A stretch of DNA of 64,000 bases from an uncultured Chloroflexia bacterium (lineage in GTDB: Bacteria; Chloroflexota; Limnocylindria; Limnocylindrales; CSP1-4), in contig CAVORL010000002.1 of NCBI GenBank assembly GCA_963698595.1, forward strand, positions 80,555 through 144,554. Reading direction: 5' to 3'. Below the pieces are notes generated by a model that was given only the letters and a program-made list of their open reading frames with translations, had not been told where the DNA came from and made no database searches. Positions within the stretch are counted from its first letter, which is position 1. Every line of letters begins with the position of its first letter. This document shows positions 37,816 to 47,195 of the stretch, piece by piece. The translations under genes were made by a program, and so were the position numbers.

Positions 37816-38468
37816 GGGTCCTCCGTAGTGCTCGCGACGCAATCGTCGCCGTCGATGTCGTAACGGGTGTGGCAGGCGAGGCAGGCCACCGGGCCGGTCG
37901 CGTCGGCACCAACGGGTGCGCCGGCAGCGCCGACGAGCCGCCTCCCGCAGGCGCAGACCCAACCGATCCTGCGGGCCGGGTTGCCGGCGACGAGGGCGTG
38001 ATCGGGGACGTCCCGCGTGACGACGGCCCCGGCGCCGACCGTCGCGAAGCGCCCCACGTCGCGGCCGGCCACCACGACCGCGCCGGCCCCGATCGAGGAA
38101 CCGGTTCGCAGGCGGATCGGGCTCACCGTCCAGTCGTCGGCCCGCGCAAGCTCCCCTGCGGCCGTGATCGCGCGAGGGAACCGGTCGTTGGTCAGGATCG
38201 CGTTGGGCCCGATGAACACACCGTCCTCCACGGTGACGCCGTGGTAGACGAGCGCCGCGTTCTGGATCTTGACCCGGTCACCGATCTCGACGCCCTCGTC
38301 GATGAAGGCATCCCTGCCGACGACGCTCTCGGCGCCGATCCGCGCCCCGGTCCTTACCTGGGCGCGATGCCAGATGCTGGTGCGGGCGCCGACGCTGACG
38401 TCGGCCTCGAGGTCGGCCGTCGGGTGGATCCGCGCGGTGGGGTGTATCACGGCGGGGTTGGGCTCCAT
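37812..38468 (-). CDS. Left-handed beta-helix (hexapeptide-repeat) N-acetyltransferase (WbpD/WlbB-like)
   Basis: Repeating [LIV]G-x4 hexapeptides (IHPTADLEADVSVGARTSIW..IGAESVVG..IGDRVKIQN..IGAGAVVVAG..VGAGAVVTRDVP). Confidence 0.85.
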   Translation of the reverse strand: MEPNPAVIHPTARIHPTADLEADVSVGARTSIWHRAQVRTGARIGAESVVGRDAFIDEGVEIGDRVKIQNAALVYHGVTVEDGVFIGPNAILTNDRFPRAITAAGELARADDWTVSPIRLRTGSSIGAGAVVVAGRDVGRFATVGAGAVVTRDVPDHALVAGNPARRIGWVCACGRRLVGAAGAPVGADATGPVACLACHTRYDIDGDDCVASTTEDP

Positions 38469-38715
38469 GCTGGGCGACGAGCACTGGTAGGTGCCCCGGC
38501 TGCCTCGCGCGACAGTAAGTCACACTTTCTCGGTGAGTGCACGGCGTGGCTTGTGGCCGGATCGTCGGGGCTCCGACGCTTCGGTGCCCGTGTGCACCGC
38601 GGTGCGTTGATCGATCCGGCCCCAGCACACCTCATCAACTACGCTTGCGAGCTGAGGGCTCATCCTCAGCGCCGAGGGGGCACCTGGCCCGACCCCGCTG
38701 CACTGGACGAGGACG

Positions 38716-39879
38716 ATGTCGCGATCGCAGGTGCGTTCGCCTGGTGAGACTGGCACTGCCGGCGCGGTTCGCCTGATCCGCCCTGACGATGCCGCGTGGG
38801 ACGCTGCCCTGGCGCAGGTTCCCGGGAGCGCCTTTCACACTGCCGGGTACCACCGCTTTGCGCGCTCCAGGGGCTTGGGTGAGCCCTTCCTGGCGATCAT
38901 AGGCGACGATGCACGAGGCCTTGCATGGCCGTACCTTCTGCGCGACATTGGGGACGTTCCCGGGCTCGAAGGGTGCGATGCGACTGACGTCAGCTCCGTG
39001 TACGGGTACCCCGGCCCGGTCGCCTGGGGAGGCACCCCGGGGGACGGGTTTGCGCGCCAGGCCTGGCTCAGCCTCGTCGACACCTGGCGCCGGCAGCATG
39101 TGGTGAGCGTGTTCACGCGGCTCAATCCGCTGCTCCAGAACGCGGCCATCCTTGGGCGGATCGCCCGCGAGCTGGGTGCGGATGCCGACGGAACGGCGCT
39201 CGCCGGGGCCACCGTGTCGGTGGACCTCACGAGCGAACCCGAGGCGATCGGCGCTGAGTATCCTCGCGACCTTCGGCGTGCCATCGCGGTTGGCCGGCGC
39301 AACGGATTGACGACGTCGCACGACGAAGCCTGGGCCCACATCGGTGCGTTCTCGCTCCTGTACCGGGACACGATGCTGCGCCTTGGCGCATCGCCCGACT
39401 ACCACTTCCGCGACGAGGAGCTGCTACGCCTGCGCGCAGAGCTCGACGGCCGGCTGCACCTCCTCGTCACGCACGTCGGGGCGTTCGTCGCAGCCGCCGG
39501 ACTCGTCATCGAGCACGGAGGCGTCGTCGAGCTGTATCTCACGGGTTGGAGCGACCTCTGTCGCGACATCTCGCCTGGCAAGGTCCTCGTGGACGACGCG
39601 ATCACCTGGGCCCGCCAACGGGGCAACTCCGTTCTCCACCTCGGGGGCGGACGCGGCGGGCATCAAGACTCGCTGTTCCGGTTCAAGAGCCGGTTCTCGT
39701 CGCGCCGCCACTCGTTCCACACGTTTCGCTGGATCCTCCAGCAGGATCTCTACGAGCAGCTCGAGGCACGGCGCTGCGTCTCGCTTCCCGCGCCCGATCG
39801 CATCGACCCGGGCTTCTTCCCGATCTATCGCGCCCCGCAGATTGCGGATCCCCGCCGGGAGCCCGCCGGACTCCGCTGA
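38716..39879 (+). CDS. FemAB-fold / GNAT-like acyl(aminoacyl)transferase, paralog 1
   Basis: 387 aa. ..SSVYGYPGPVAW..VFTRLNPLL..SPGKVLVDDAITWARQRGNSVLHLGGGRGGHQDSLFRFKSRFS.. matches the FemAB-related proteins seen in EPS loci. Confidence 0.75.
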   Translation: MSRSQVRSPGETGTAGAVRLIRPDDAAWDAALAQVPGSAFHTAGYHRFARSRGLGEPFLAIIGDDARGLAWPYLLRDIGDVPGLEGCDATDVSSVYGYPGPVAWGGTPGDGFARQAWLSLVDTWRRQHVVSVFTRLNPLLQNAAILGRIARELGADADGTALAGATVSVDLTSEPEAIGAEYPRDLRRAIAVGRRNGLTTSHDEAWAHIGAFSLLYRDTMLRLGASPDYHFRDEELLRLRAELDGRLHLLVTHVGAFVAAAGLVIEHGGVVELYLTGWSDLCRDISPGKVLVDDAITWARQRGNSVLHLGGGRGGHQDSLFRFKSRFSSRRHSFHTFRWILQQDLYEQLEARRCVSLPAPDRIDPGFFPIYRAPQIADPRREPAGLR

Positions 39880-40131
39880 GAGCGCCTGGGAACGCACCAG
39901 CTCCATCTCGTGTGTCGCTGACACGCCGTCCCTGGCGGGCGCCTGGACCGCCCGGGCGAGGATGTCGAGGTCGCGATGAAGGATCCAGGTGACCGCGGGC
40001 TGAACGTCGGGCTCGTGGCCATCCTGGAATCGCGAGGGCTCTGGCGCACGGTGGCATACTCACCCCGCGGCGTCCTGTGGGGATCGCCGGCGGCCGTGAG
40101 GCGCCGCGCGCGAGGATGTGTCGAGGTGCGA

Positions 40132-41259
40132 ATGGAGGGTCGGGCAGGGCGCCGGCACGAGGGCATTCGGTCCGGTCGCAACGCAGGCGGGACGGGATCG
40201 CTGACTGTCGTCGGGTCCCGGGACGATGAGGCATGGGCGAACGCCCTCGCCGGGGCACGCCAGCACGACTTCCATCATCTCGCCGCATACCACCGGGTCG
40301 CCGAGTCTCGCGGCGAAGGAACCGCCGCCCTGTTCGTGCACCGCGCGCGCGAGTTCACGATCGCCCTGCCGCTGCTCCTCCGACCCGTCGACGCCGCCGA
40401 CCCGGCAGGACACCAGGACGCCACGTCCGTGTACGGCTACGCGGGACCAGTCGCATCGCACCAGCGCATCCCGAGCGACGTCCTCCGCGCATTCCACGCC
40501 GAGCTTCAGGAGGAGCTCGTCAGCCGCCGGGTCGTCGCCGTCTTCTCCCGCCTTCACCCCCTCATCGAGCAGCGCGGGTTGCTGGCCGGCCTGGGTGAGA
40601 TCCGCCGCTTGGGCCGCACCGTGTCGGTCGATCTCACGCTGCCCCTGGAGGACCAATGGGCGGCCTACAGCAAGACGTGTCGACGGACCGTCAGGAAGGC
40701 CCAGGTCGAGGGGGTCGTGTGCGTGCACGACCGCGAGATGGAGCGCCGGTCTGAATGGGTGGGCATGTACCAGGAGACGATGCATCGCGTCGGCGCCGCG
40801 GCGTCCTACTTCTTCGACGAGGCGTACTTCGACCTCCTCGCGGCCGAGCTGGGCGAGGTGCTGCACTTGTTCGTGGCGCTGTACGAAGAGGAGGCCATCG
40901 CCGCCGGGCTGTACACGATCTGCGACGGCATCGTCCAGGCGCACCTGGGAGCGACGCGATCGGCGTACGCGAAGCTTTCTCCGACGCGGCTGCTCGACGA
41001 CACGGTGCGTCGCTGGGCGCACGAGGCCGGGGCGCGGGTCTTCCACCTCGGGGGGGGCGTCGGCGGGCACGAGGACTCCCTCTTCGAGTACAAGGCGAGC
41101 TTCTCGAGCCGTCGGCACCGGTTCGAGACCTGGAGGTGGGTGGTCAATGCCCCAGCCTATCGGGAGCTCTGCGCGCGCAGCGGACGGGCGGATGCGATGG
41201 CGGTCGGGAATGACGAGTACTTCCCGGGGTACCGGCTGCCGGCGCCGGACCTCACCTGA
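40132..41259 (+). CDS. FemAB-fold / GNAT-like acyl(aminoacyl)transferase, paralog 2
   Basis: Collinear with paralog 1 (..TSVYGYAGPVAS..VFSRLHPLI..VFHLGGGVGGHEDSLFEYKASFS..). The track opens at 39976. ATG 40132 gives an N-terminus of similar length to paralog 1. Confidence 0.7.
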   Translation: MEGRAGRRHEGIRSGRNAGGTGSLTVVGSRDDEAWANALAGARQHDFHHLAAYHRVAESRGEGTAALFVHRAREFTIALPLLLRPVDAADPAGHQDATSVYGYAGPVASHQRIPSDVLRAFHAELQEELVSRRVVAVFSRLHPLIEQRGLLAGLGEIRRLGRTVSVDLTLPLEDQWAAYSKTCRRTVRKAQVEGVVCVHDREMERRSEWVGMYQETMHRVGAAASYFFDEAYFDLLAAELGEVLHLFVALYEEEAIAAGLYTICDGIVQAHLGATRSAYAKLSPTRLLDDTVRRWAHEAGARVFHLGGGVGGHEDSLFEYKASFSSRRHRFETWRWVVNAPAYRELCARSGRADAMAVGNDEYFPGYRLPAPDLT

Positions 41260-41445
41260 TCCGCGTCGGCCGGAGCACCCGGGCATGGACGGTCGCACCG
41301 TCGAGGATGCACGGGAGCGGGTCGCGCTGGCAGGAGCCGGCGTCGCCGTCGCGGGTCGCCGGGGCCGACACGACACCGCGTCGCCGCCGACGAAGTTGGT
41401 CGGCGTGAACACGAGCCATCATACTGGCGGCCGAAGCCAGGACAG

Positions 41446-42177
41446 GTGAAGACCCCACCCGCAACGAGGGGACCGTTGGACCGGCCAGACGCTGGGCACG
41501 CGCAGACGACGAGGGCCGCCGCGCTTGCCCTCAAGCGCATGATCGACGCCGTCGGCGCGGTCGTCGGCCTGGTGGCGCTCGCGCCCGTGCTGGCGTGGAC
41601 CGCGCTCGCGATCGGCCTCACGAGCGGGCGGCCGATCTTCTTCCGCCAGCTGCGACCGGGCCTCCACGGGAAGCCCTACCTGATCCTCAAGTTCAGGACG
41701 ATGCGGTCACCCCGCCACGGCGAGGCCTGGTACGACAGCGACGACGAGCGTCTCACGCGGCTCGGTGCGGTTCTGCGGGCCACGAGCATCGACGAGCTGC
41801 CGGAGCTGTGGAACGTGCTGCGCGGCGAGATGAGCCTGGTCGGCCCCCGACCGCTGCTCGTCGAGTACCTGGACCACTACACGCCGGAGGAACGACGGCG
41901 CCACGACATGCGCCCGGGAGTCACCGGCTGGGCGGCCGTCAACGGCCGCCACACGGCACGATTCGAGGATCGCCTGCTCCTCGACGCCTGGTACGTCGAC
42001 AACTGGAGCCTCGCGCTGGACGTCAGGATCCTCGCGATGACCATCGCGCAGGTGCTCCGGCGCGAGGGGGTGGCGGTGACCCAGGACCAGGCGAAGATCG
42101 AGTTCCCGGCACGATTCCAGGCCGCCCTCCAGAAGGGCGACACCCCCTCCACGCCCCGGGATCCGCGCCGGGACTGA
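41446..42177 (+). CDS. Small monotopic phosphoglycosyl transferase (bacterial sugar transferase, PglC/WbaP-C-terminal type)
   Basis: [72 protein letters not shown] start. Confidence 0.85.
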   Translation: MKTPPATRGPLDRPDAGHAQTTRAAALALKRMIDAVGAVVGLVALAPVLAWTALAIGLTSGRPIFFRQLRPGLHGKPYLILKFRTMRSPRHGEAWYDSDDERLTRLGAVLRATSIDELPELWNVLRGEMSLVGPRPLLVEYLDHYTPEERRRHDMRPGVTGWAAVNGRHTARFEDRLLLDAWYVDNWSLALDVRILAMTIAQVLRREGVAVTQDQAKIEFPARFQAALQKGDTPSTPRDPRRD

Positions 42178-42222
42178 CGCTCGACCGGCTTCTGCGTCCC
42201 GCACTCGGCACGAAGATGCCGC

Positions 42223-43350
42223 TCAGCCGGCGACCACCTCCGCGAGCACGTCCGCGACGTACTCGACCTCCTCGTCCGAGAGCCGCGAGGAGAACGGCAG
42301 GGCCAGCGTGGACGCGGCAACGCGTTCGGTCACGGGAAAGTCTCCCGCCTGGAAGCGGAAGCGCTCCTGGTAGAACGGCTGGAGGTGCAGCGGCTGGAAG
42401 TAGGGGCGGGCCGGGACACCCCGCTCTGCCAGGCGGGGAATCAGCGCATCGCGGTCGATCGCCTCGTCGAGCCTGACCACGTAGACGAACCAGTCCACGC
42501 TCTCGTCGACACCGGCCCGTGGAAGCCGGATCCAGGGACGCCCGCCAAGGGTTCGCTCGTAGGCGGCCGCGACGCGCGCGCGGCCCCCGCGAAGCTCGGC
42601 CAGGCGCTCGAGCTGGGCGACGCCGACCGCTGCCGACAGCTCATCCAACCGGTAGTTGAAGCCGAGGCGGACGTGCCGCAGCCACGTGCCGTTGGTGTCG
42701 CGCCCCTGGTTGCGCATGCTGCGCATGACGTCGGCGAGCGCCGGGTCGTCGGTCACGACCATGCCGCCTTCACCGGTCGTGATCTGCTTGTTCGGGTAGA
42801 AGGCGAAGACGGCGACATCTCCGAAGCTGCCCAGCGGGCGTCCGCCGACCCGCGATCCCAGCCCCTCGCAGGCGTCCTCGACGACTCGCCATCCGTGCCG
42901 CCGGGCGATGGCGCCGAGGTCGTCGATCCGGCACGGGCGGCCGAACACGTGGACCGGCAGGATCGCCCGCGTCCGCTCCGAGGCCGCAGCCTCCACGAGC
43001 GCCGGGTCGATCCCGAGGCTGTCCTCCTCGATGTCGACGAAGCGCGGGACAGCTCCCTCGTAGAGGACGCAGTTCGCCGAGGCGACGAAGCTGAAGGGAG
43101 TCGTGATGACTTCGTCGCCCTCGCCGATGCCGAGCGCGCGGACGCCCAGGTGGAGCCCGGCCGTGCCGCTCGAGCAGGCGATGCCCTGCGTCCGCCCGGC
43201 GAGCGCCGCGATGCCGGCCTCGAATCGCGGAGCGAACGGTCCGAGCGCCAGGATGTCACTGCCCAGGACCTCCGTGACCAGCTCCAGCTCGCGCTCACCG
43301 ATGTCGGGGCGCGCGAGCGGGATGCTGCGGCGAGCGCGGCCTGTGGACAT
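42223..43350 (-). CDS. DegT/DnrJ/EryC1/StrS-family PLP aminotransferase (PglE-like), second copy
   Basis: IPLARPDIGERELELVTEVLGSDILALG..SSGTAGLH..FAFYPNKQITTGEGG. Confidence 0.9.
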   Translation of the reverse strand: MSTGRARRSIPLARPDIGERELELVTEVLGSDILALGPFAPRFEAGIAALAGRTQGIACSSGTAGLHLGVRALGIGEGDEVITTPFSFVASANCVLYEGAVPRFVDIEEDSLGIDPALVEAAASERTRAILPVHVFGRPCRIDDLGAIARRHGWRVVEDACEGLGSRVGGRPLGSFGDVAVFAFYPNKQITTGEGGMVVTDDPALADVMRSMRNQGRDTNGTWLRHVRLGFNYRLDELSAAVGVAQLERLAELRGGRARVAAAYERTLGGRPWIRLPRAGVDESVDWFVYVVRLDEAIDRDALIPRLAERGVPARPYFQPLHLQPFYQERFRFQAGDFPVTERVAASTLALPFSSRLSDEEVEYVADVLAEVVAG

Positions 43351-43352
43351 GG

Positions 43353-43811
43353 TCAGTGAACCTCCGGGGATCGCCGCATGCCGTCACCGTCCCCGACGGG
43401 AAGCCGCCGGGCTCGCTGGAGCGTATCGATCAGCTCGACGTTGAGCCCGTCGCCCGCGTAGAGGAAGGCGATCGACGCGCCCTCGAACGCTTCACCGGGC
43501 TCCGGTGGCGCGAGGACCCGCAAACCGAGGGCCTCCAGGCGGACGAGCTCCGTGGCTACGGACGGACAGCGGAAGCAGAGGTGATGAAGCCCACCGCCCC
43601 GCCGCACGAAGGCGTGAACCGGGGAGCTCTCGTCCGACGGCTCGATGAGCTTGACGGGGAGGGAGCCGTCTTTCTCGAGGAAGACGACGCGGACCCGCTG
43701 CCGGGTGTTGAGGACGACCTCGGTCGCCTGCCGGTAGCCGAACGCCGCCTGCCAGTGCTCGATCGACGACTCGAGCGAGCGCACGGCGATTCCGATGTGG
43801 TCGAGCACCAC
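43353..43811 (-). CDS. VOC-superfamily protein (methylmalonyl-CoA-epimerase / glyoxalase-like)
   Basis: MVLDHIGIAVRSLE..VVFLEKDGSLPVKLIEP..GGGLHHLCFR..VELID. GTG start. Confidence 0.8.
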   Translation of the reverse strand: MVLDHIGIAVRSLESSIEHWQAAFGYRQATEVVLNTRQRVRVVFLEKDGSLPVKLIEPSDESSPVHAFVRRGGGLHHLCFRCPSVATELVRLEALGLRVLAPPEPGEAFEGASIAFLYAGDGLNVELIDTLQRARRLPVGDGDGMRRSPEVH

Positions 43812-43828
43812 CGTCGCCTACCTGTTCC

Positions 43829-44083
43829 TCAAGCTGCCGTGGCCTGCTTGCGGCCCACGAAGTCGGCGATCCGCCCGATGGTCTCCAGGTTGTCGGGGGT
43901 CGTCTCCCAATCCTCGACGCGGAAGCCGTACTCGCCCTCGATGAAGAGGATGACCTCGAGCATGCCCGTCGAGTCGACGAGCCCGCTATCGATGAGGGAG
44001 AGGTCGTCCGTCAGCTCAGCCGGGTCGCTCACGTAGAAGGACTCCAGGATGAACTCCCGGACCCGGTCATGGACGGTCATCAC
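43829..44083 (-). CDS. Acyl/aminoacyl carrier protein
   Basis: 84 aa, acidic. Phosphopantetheine-Ser context LIDSGLVDSTGMLEVILFIEGEYG, resembling ACP/DltC-type carriers. The start overlaps the AsnB-like stop. Confidence 0.8.
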   Translation of the reverse strand: MMTVHDRVREFILESFYVSDPAELTDDLSLIDSGLVDSTGMLEVILFIEGEYGFRVEDWETTPDNLETIGRIADFVGRKQATAA

Positions 44084-46122
44084 CGCTCGCTCTCCACCCT
44101 GTGTTCCATTGGGCCGCCCTCCGGCGGCGACTCGGCCAGCCGATCGACGAACGTCGAGTACTCGACGGCGCGATCTCGGTCCGGGCGGCGATCCAGGAGC
44201 TGCTCGACGAGCAGGCCAGTCGACAGGACGCCAACCAGAGCCATGTTATCGGCGTTCGAGAATTGCACATCGCCGCCCGTGGCACGGCACTTGCGCCAGA
44301 GACGTTCGACGGCCGCCGGATCGAAGACGCCGGCCGCTGCCACGTTGCGCGGCGACACCACTTCCTCGACCCAGGCCGGTGCGTCACCCACGAACGACAG
44401 CGCATCCGGGGCGCGGTACGGCTGCTTCGCGCGGCGCAGGATCGCCTCCGGGACAATTCCGGCTGCGGCACGCTTGAGGACGTGCTTCTCTGCGAGCCCA
44501 CGGAGCTTGAACGAGGGGGGCAGGCGGTTCGCAAGCTCCACGACTCGGGCATCGAGAAACGGGAAGCGCCCTTCCACGCCGTGGGCCATCAACATCCGGT
44601 CGCCCTGCGCCGACAGGAGGTAGCCGGACAGGAGGGTGCGCGTCTCGAGGTACTGGTCCTGGGCGAGGAACGGCCAGCGGCTGAAGGTGGCCGGCAGCGA
44701 GGTGAGCAGCCGCGTGGAGACGTCGACCGTGGTGGCCGCGCGACGGACGTCGGGTGTGAACAGGCGGTACAGGGCCGCACCGGCGTGCCAGCGAGTCCGA
44801 TGCGCGAAGCCTGGCTCGGCCCACTTCTCGCGGCCGCGGCCGAAGAACTCCTCCGCCAGCGCCCGGTTGGCCGTCGGCGAGCGCGCCAGGTACGGGTAGA
44901 GCCGGAGCAGCAAGCGGGGGCGCATCCGGGATGCCGGGAGGCGCCCCCAGAACCTCAGGACCCGCCCTTCGCGGAAGAGGTCGTAGCCGGCGAACACCTC
45001 GTCGGCGCCCTCGCCCGTCAGGACCACCTTGATCCCGGACTCGCGGACCAGCCGGGAGAGCAGGAAGAGCGGTGCGGGCGCGGTCCGCAGGAGCGGGCGT
45101 TCGGCATGCTCGACGACCGCGGGGAAGACCTCTGCGATGGCACGCCGGCTGACGGTGATCTCGTGGTGATCGCTGCCGAGCTGCGCGGCCATCAGCCGCT
45201 GGTATCCGGACTCGTCGTACTCGGCGTCCTCGAATTGGATCGAGAAGGTCGCGAAGCGCTCGCCCGTTGCGCTGAGGCCCAGGGCTGCCACCAGCGAGCT
45301 GTCGAGGCCGCCCGAGAGGTAGCTGCCCACGGGAACGTCTGCGCGGAGCATCCGGAGGCGGACCGATTCGGTGAGGGCCTCGAGGACCTGCTCCGCGGCC
45401 TCCTCCACGTTGCCCGCGAACTCGCCGTCGCCGTCCAGCGGGTAGCCCGGCTCCCAGTAGGCCCGATCGAGCACCCGGCCGCCCCGGATCGTCCGAACGT
45501 GACCGGGTTCGAGCTCCGTCACGCCCGCGAAGACGCTCTGCGGCGCCACGGTCGTCCAGAAGGTGAAGGTCTCTGCCAGGCCGATCGGGTCGAGCCGCCG
45601 GGGGATCGACGGGTCGCCCGCGAAGATCGCCTTGACCTCGCTCGCGAACCAGAGACGCCCGCCATGCTCGCAGAGATAGAGCGGCCGCACGCCGTGCCGG
45701 TCGCGCGCGAGGACGAGCGTCTGGTCAGCAGCATCCCACAGCGCGATCGCAAACTGGCCGTTGAAGCGCCCGAACGCCCCGTCGGCCCATTGCTCCCAGG
45801 CGTGGACGATGACCTCGGTGTCGCTTCGCGTCCGGAAGTGGTGCCCCAGGGCAGTCAGCTCGTCCCGCAGCTCAAGGTAGTTGTAGATCTCGCCGTTGAA
45901 GACGACCCAGGTCTGCCCGTCCTCGCCGGCGAGCGGCTGCTGGCCCGTGGCGAGATCGATGATCGAGAGGCGCGCGTGCCCCAGGGCCGCGAGCTGATCC
46001 CGGTAGAGGCCGGACTCGTCGGGACCGCGGTGCCGCAGCGCCGCGACCATCGCCCGGAGGTCGTCCAGAGCCGGCGGCGGCGCCGAATCCCGGAGCGCCA
46101 CGACGCCTGCGATACCGCACAC
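44080..46122 (-). CDS. Asparagine-synthase-family glutamine amidotransferase (AsnB-like)
   Basis: GTG 46122 places the obligatory nucleophile as Cys2 (V-CGIAGVVAL..GPDESG..ARLSIIDL). PP-loop SYLSGGLDSS in the synthetase domain. The track ORF extends to 46278. Confidence 0.85.
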   Translation of the reverse strand: MCGIAGVVALRDSAPPPALDDLRAMVAALRHRGPDESGLYRDQLAALGHARLSIIDLATGQQPLAGEDGQTWVVFNGEIYNYLELRDELTALGHHFRTRSDTEVIVHAWEQWADGAFGRFNGQFAIALWDAADQTLVLARDRHGVRPLYLCEHGGRLWFASEVKAIFAGDPSIPRRLDPIGLAETFTFWTTVAPQSVFAGVTELEPGHVRTIRGGRVLDRAYWEPGYPLDGDGEFAGNVEEAAEQVLEALTESVRLRMLRADVPVGSYLSGGLDSSLVAALGLSATGERFATFSIQFEDAEYDESGYQRLMAAQLGSDHHEITVSRRAIAEVFPAVVEHAERPLLRTAPAPLFLLSRLVRESGIKVVLTGEGADEVFAGYDLFREGRVLRFWGRLPASRMRPRLLLRLYPYLARSPTANRALAEEFFGRGREKWAEPGFAHRTRWHAGAALYRLFTPDVRRAATTVDVSTRLLTSLPATFSRWPFLAQDQYLETRTLLSGYLLSAQGDRMLMAHGVEGRFPFLDARVVELANRLPPSFKLRGLAEKHVLKRAAAGIVPEAILRRAKQPYRAPDALSFVGDAPAWVEEVVSPRNVAAAGVFDPAAVERLWRKCRATGGDVQFSNADNMALVGVLSTGLLVEQLLDRRPDRDRAVEYSTFVDRLAESPPEGGPMEHRVESER

Positions 46123-46124
46123 GG

Positions 46125-47090
46125 TCAGCCGGGCCGCAGGGGCGTGGGGACGTGATGGAGGTAGCGGCTGACGCGTCGCTTCGCCTCGATGTCGCGGAAG
46201 ACCCGCTCCACCTGCTCCAGCGTCAGGCCGATCTCCGGGGCAACCTCGGCTGCCGGGACAGCATGGTTGACGGCCCACAGGCAGAGATCCATCTCGGCGT
46301 ACGGGAGGGCGAAGTAGAACTCCTCCTGGGTCTGGCCAAGGGAGTACGTGTCCGTCGTGGGCTCGCGCCGGCGAATCTCCTCCGGCACGTCGAGTGCCTC
46401 GGCAAGCGCGAAGACCTGGGACTTGTAGAGATGGGCGATCGGCTTGATGTCCGCGGCGCCATCTCCCTGTTTGACGAAGAAGCCCTGGTCGTACTCGACG
46501 AGATTGGGCGTGCCCGCCACCGCGTAGGCAAGGCGGTCGGCGTGGTAGTAGGCGAACATCATCCGCGTGCGCTGCTTGAAGTTGGTCGCGGCCACCATCT
46601 GCCGATAGGCGGCCGGGGGCATGCGACTGCTCCGCTCGTTCCCGTCCGGGTCGGCGGCAACGAGCTGCGCGACGTTCAGGCGATCAGCGTCGAGCAGGGA
46701 GGGAAGCACGATCTTGCAGCGCCAGCCGGGTCCGTACGCGGGAACGACCATCCGTGCGGCCTCATCCTGGCGCTCGTAGCAGCCGAGCGCCTCCAACGTG
46801 GGGGTGAGGTCCTCGACCAGGTACGTGATCCCGAGCTGCTCGGCCTGCAGCCTGCCGAGCCTGAGGGCGTCGCCCGAGGAGTCGCGGTCGGGAAGCAGCA
46901 GGCCGAAGACCCGATCGGGCCCCAGGGCCCGCGCGGCCAGGGTCGCCACCACGGAGCTGTCGATCCCGCCCGACATCGCGACGACGATGCCGCGCCTCCG
47001 GAGGTCCTGCAGGACGGCGGCCCGGACCTGTGCCTCGATTGCCTCGGCTTCGCGGTGCGGATCGATCTGCAGGACGTCCCGTGAGAACAT
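46125..47090 (-). CDS. NadE-like PP-loop ATP-pyrophosphatase (NAD synthetase family amidotransferase)
   Basis: The last 321 codons of the 1003-aa track ORF: MFSRDVLQIDPHREAEAIEAQV..GIVVAMSGGIDSSVVATLA..YYHADRLAYAVAGTPNLVEYDQGFFVKQGDGAADIKPIAHLYKSQV. Confidence 0.8.
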   Translation of the reverse strand: MFSRDVLQIDPHREAEAIEAQVRAAVLQDLRRRGIVVAMSGGIDSSVVATLAARALGPDRVFGLLLPDRDSSGDALRLGRLQAEQLGITYLVEDLTPTLEALGCYERQDEAARMVVPAYGPGWRCKIVLPSLLDADRLNVAQLVAADPDGNERSSRMPPAAYRQMVAATNFKQRTRMMFAYYHADRLAYAVAGTPNLVEYDQGFFVKQGDGAADIKPIAHLYKSQVFALAEALDVPEEIRRREPTTDTYSLGQTQEEFYFALPYAEMDLCLWAVNHAVPAAEVAPEIGLTLEQVERVFRDIEAKRRVSRYLHHVPTPLRPG

Positions 47091-47195
47091 GCTGTGGGCT
47101 CCCGAAGCGGACGCGGGTGAATGCCGTCGCGCTGCCGTCCCGGCGGCACGGTGGCGGCTCCACCGTGAGTCTACGGCAGGCAGCCGACACACTGG

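Noticed and set aside
44101-46155. 684-aa plus-strand ORF
   Set aside because: It is a mirror-frame shadow of the AsnB-like gene, with no motifs.
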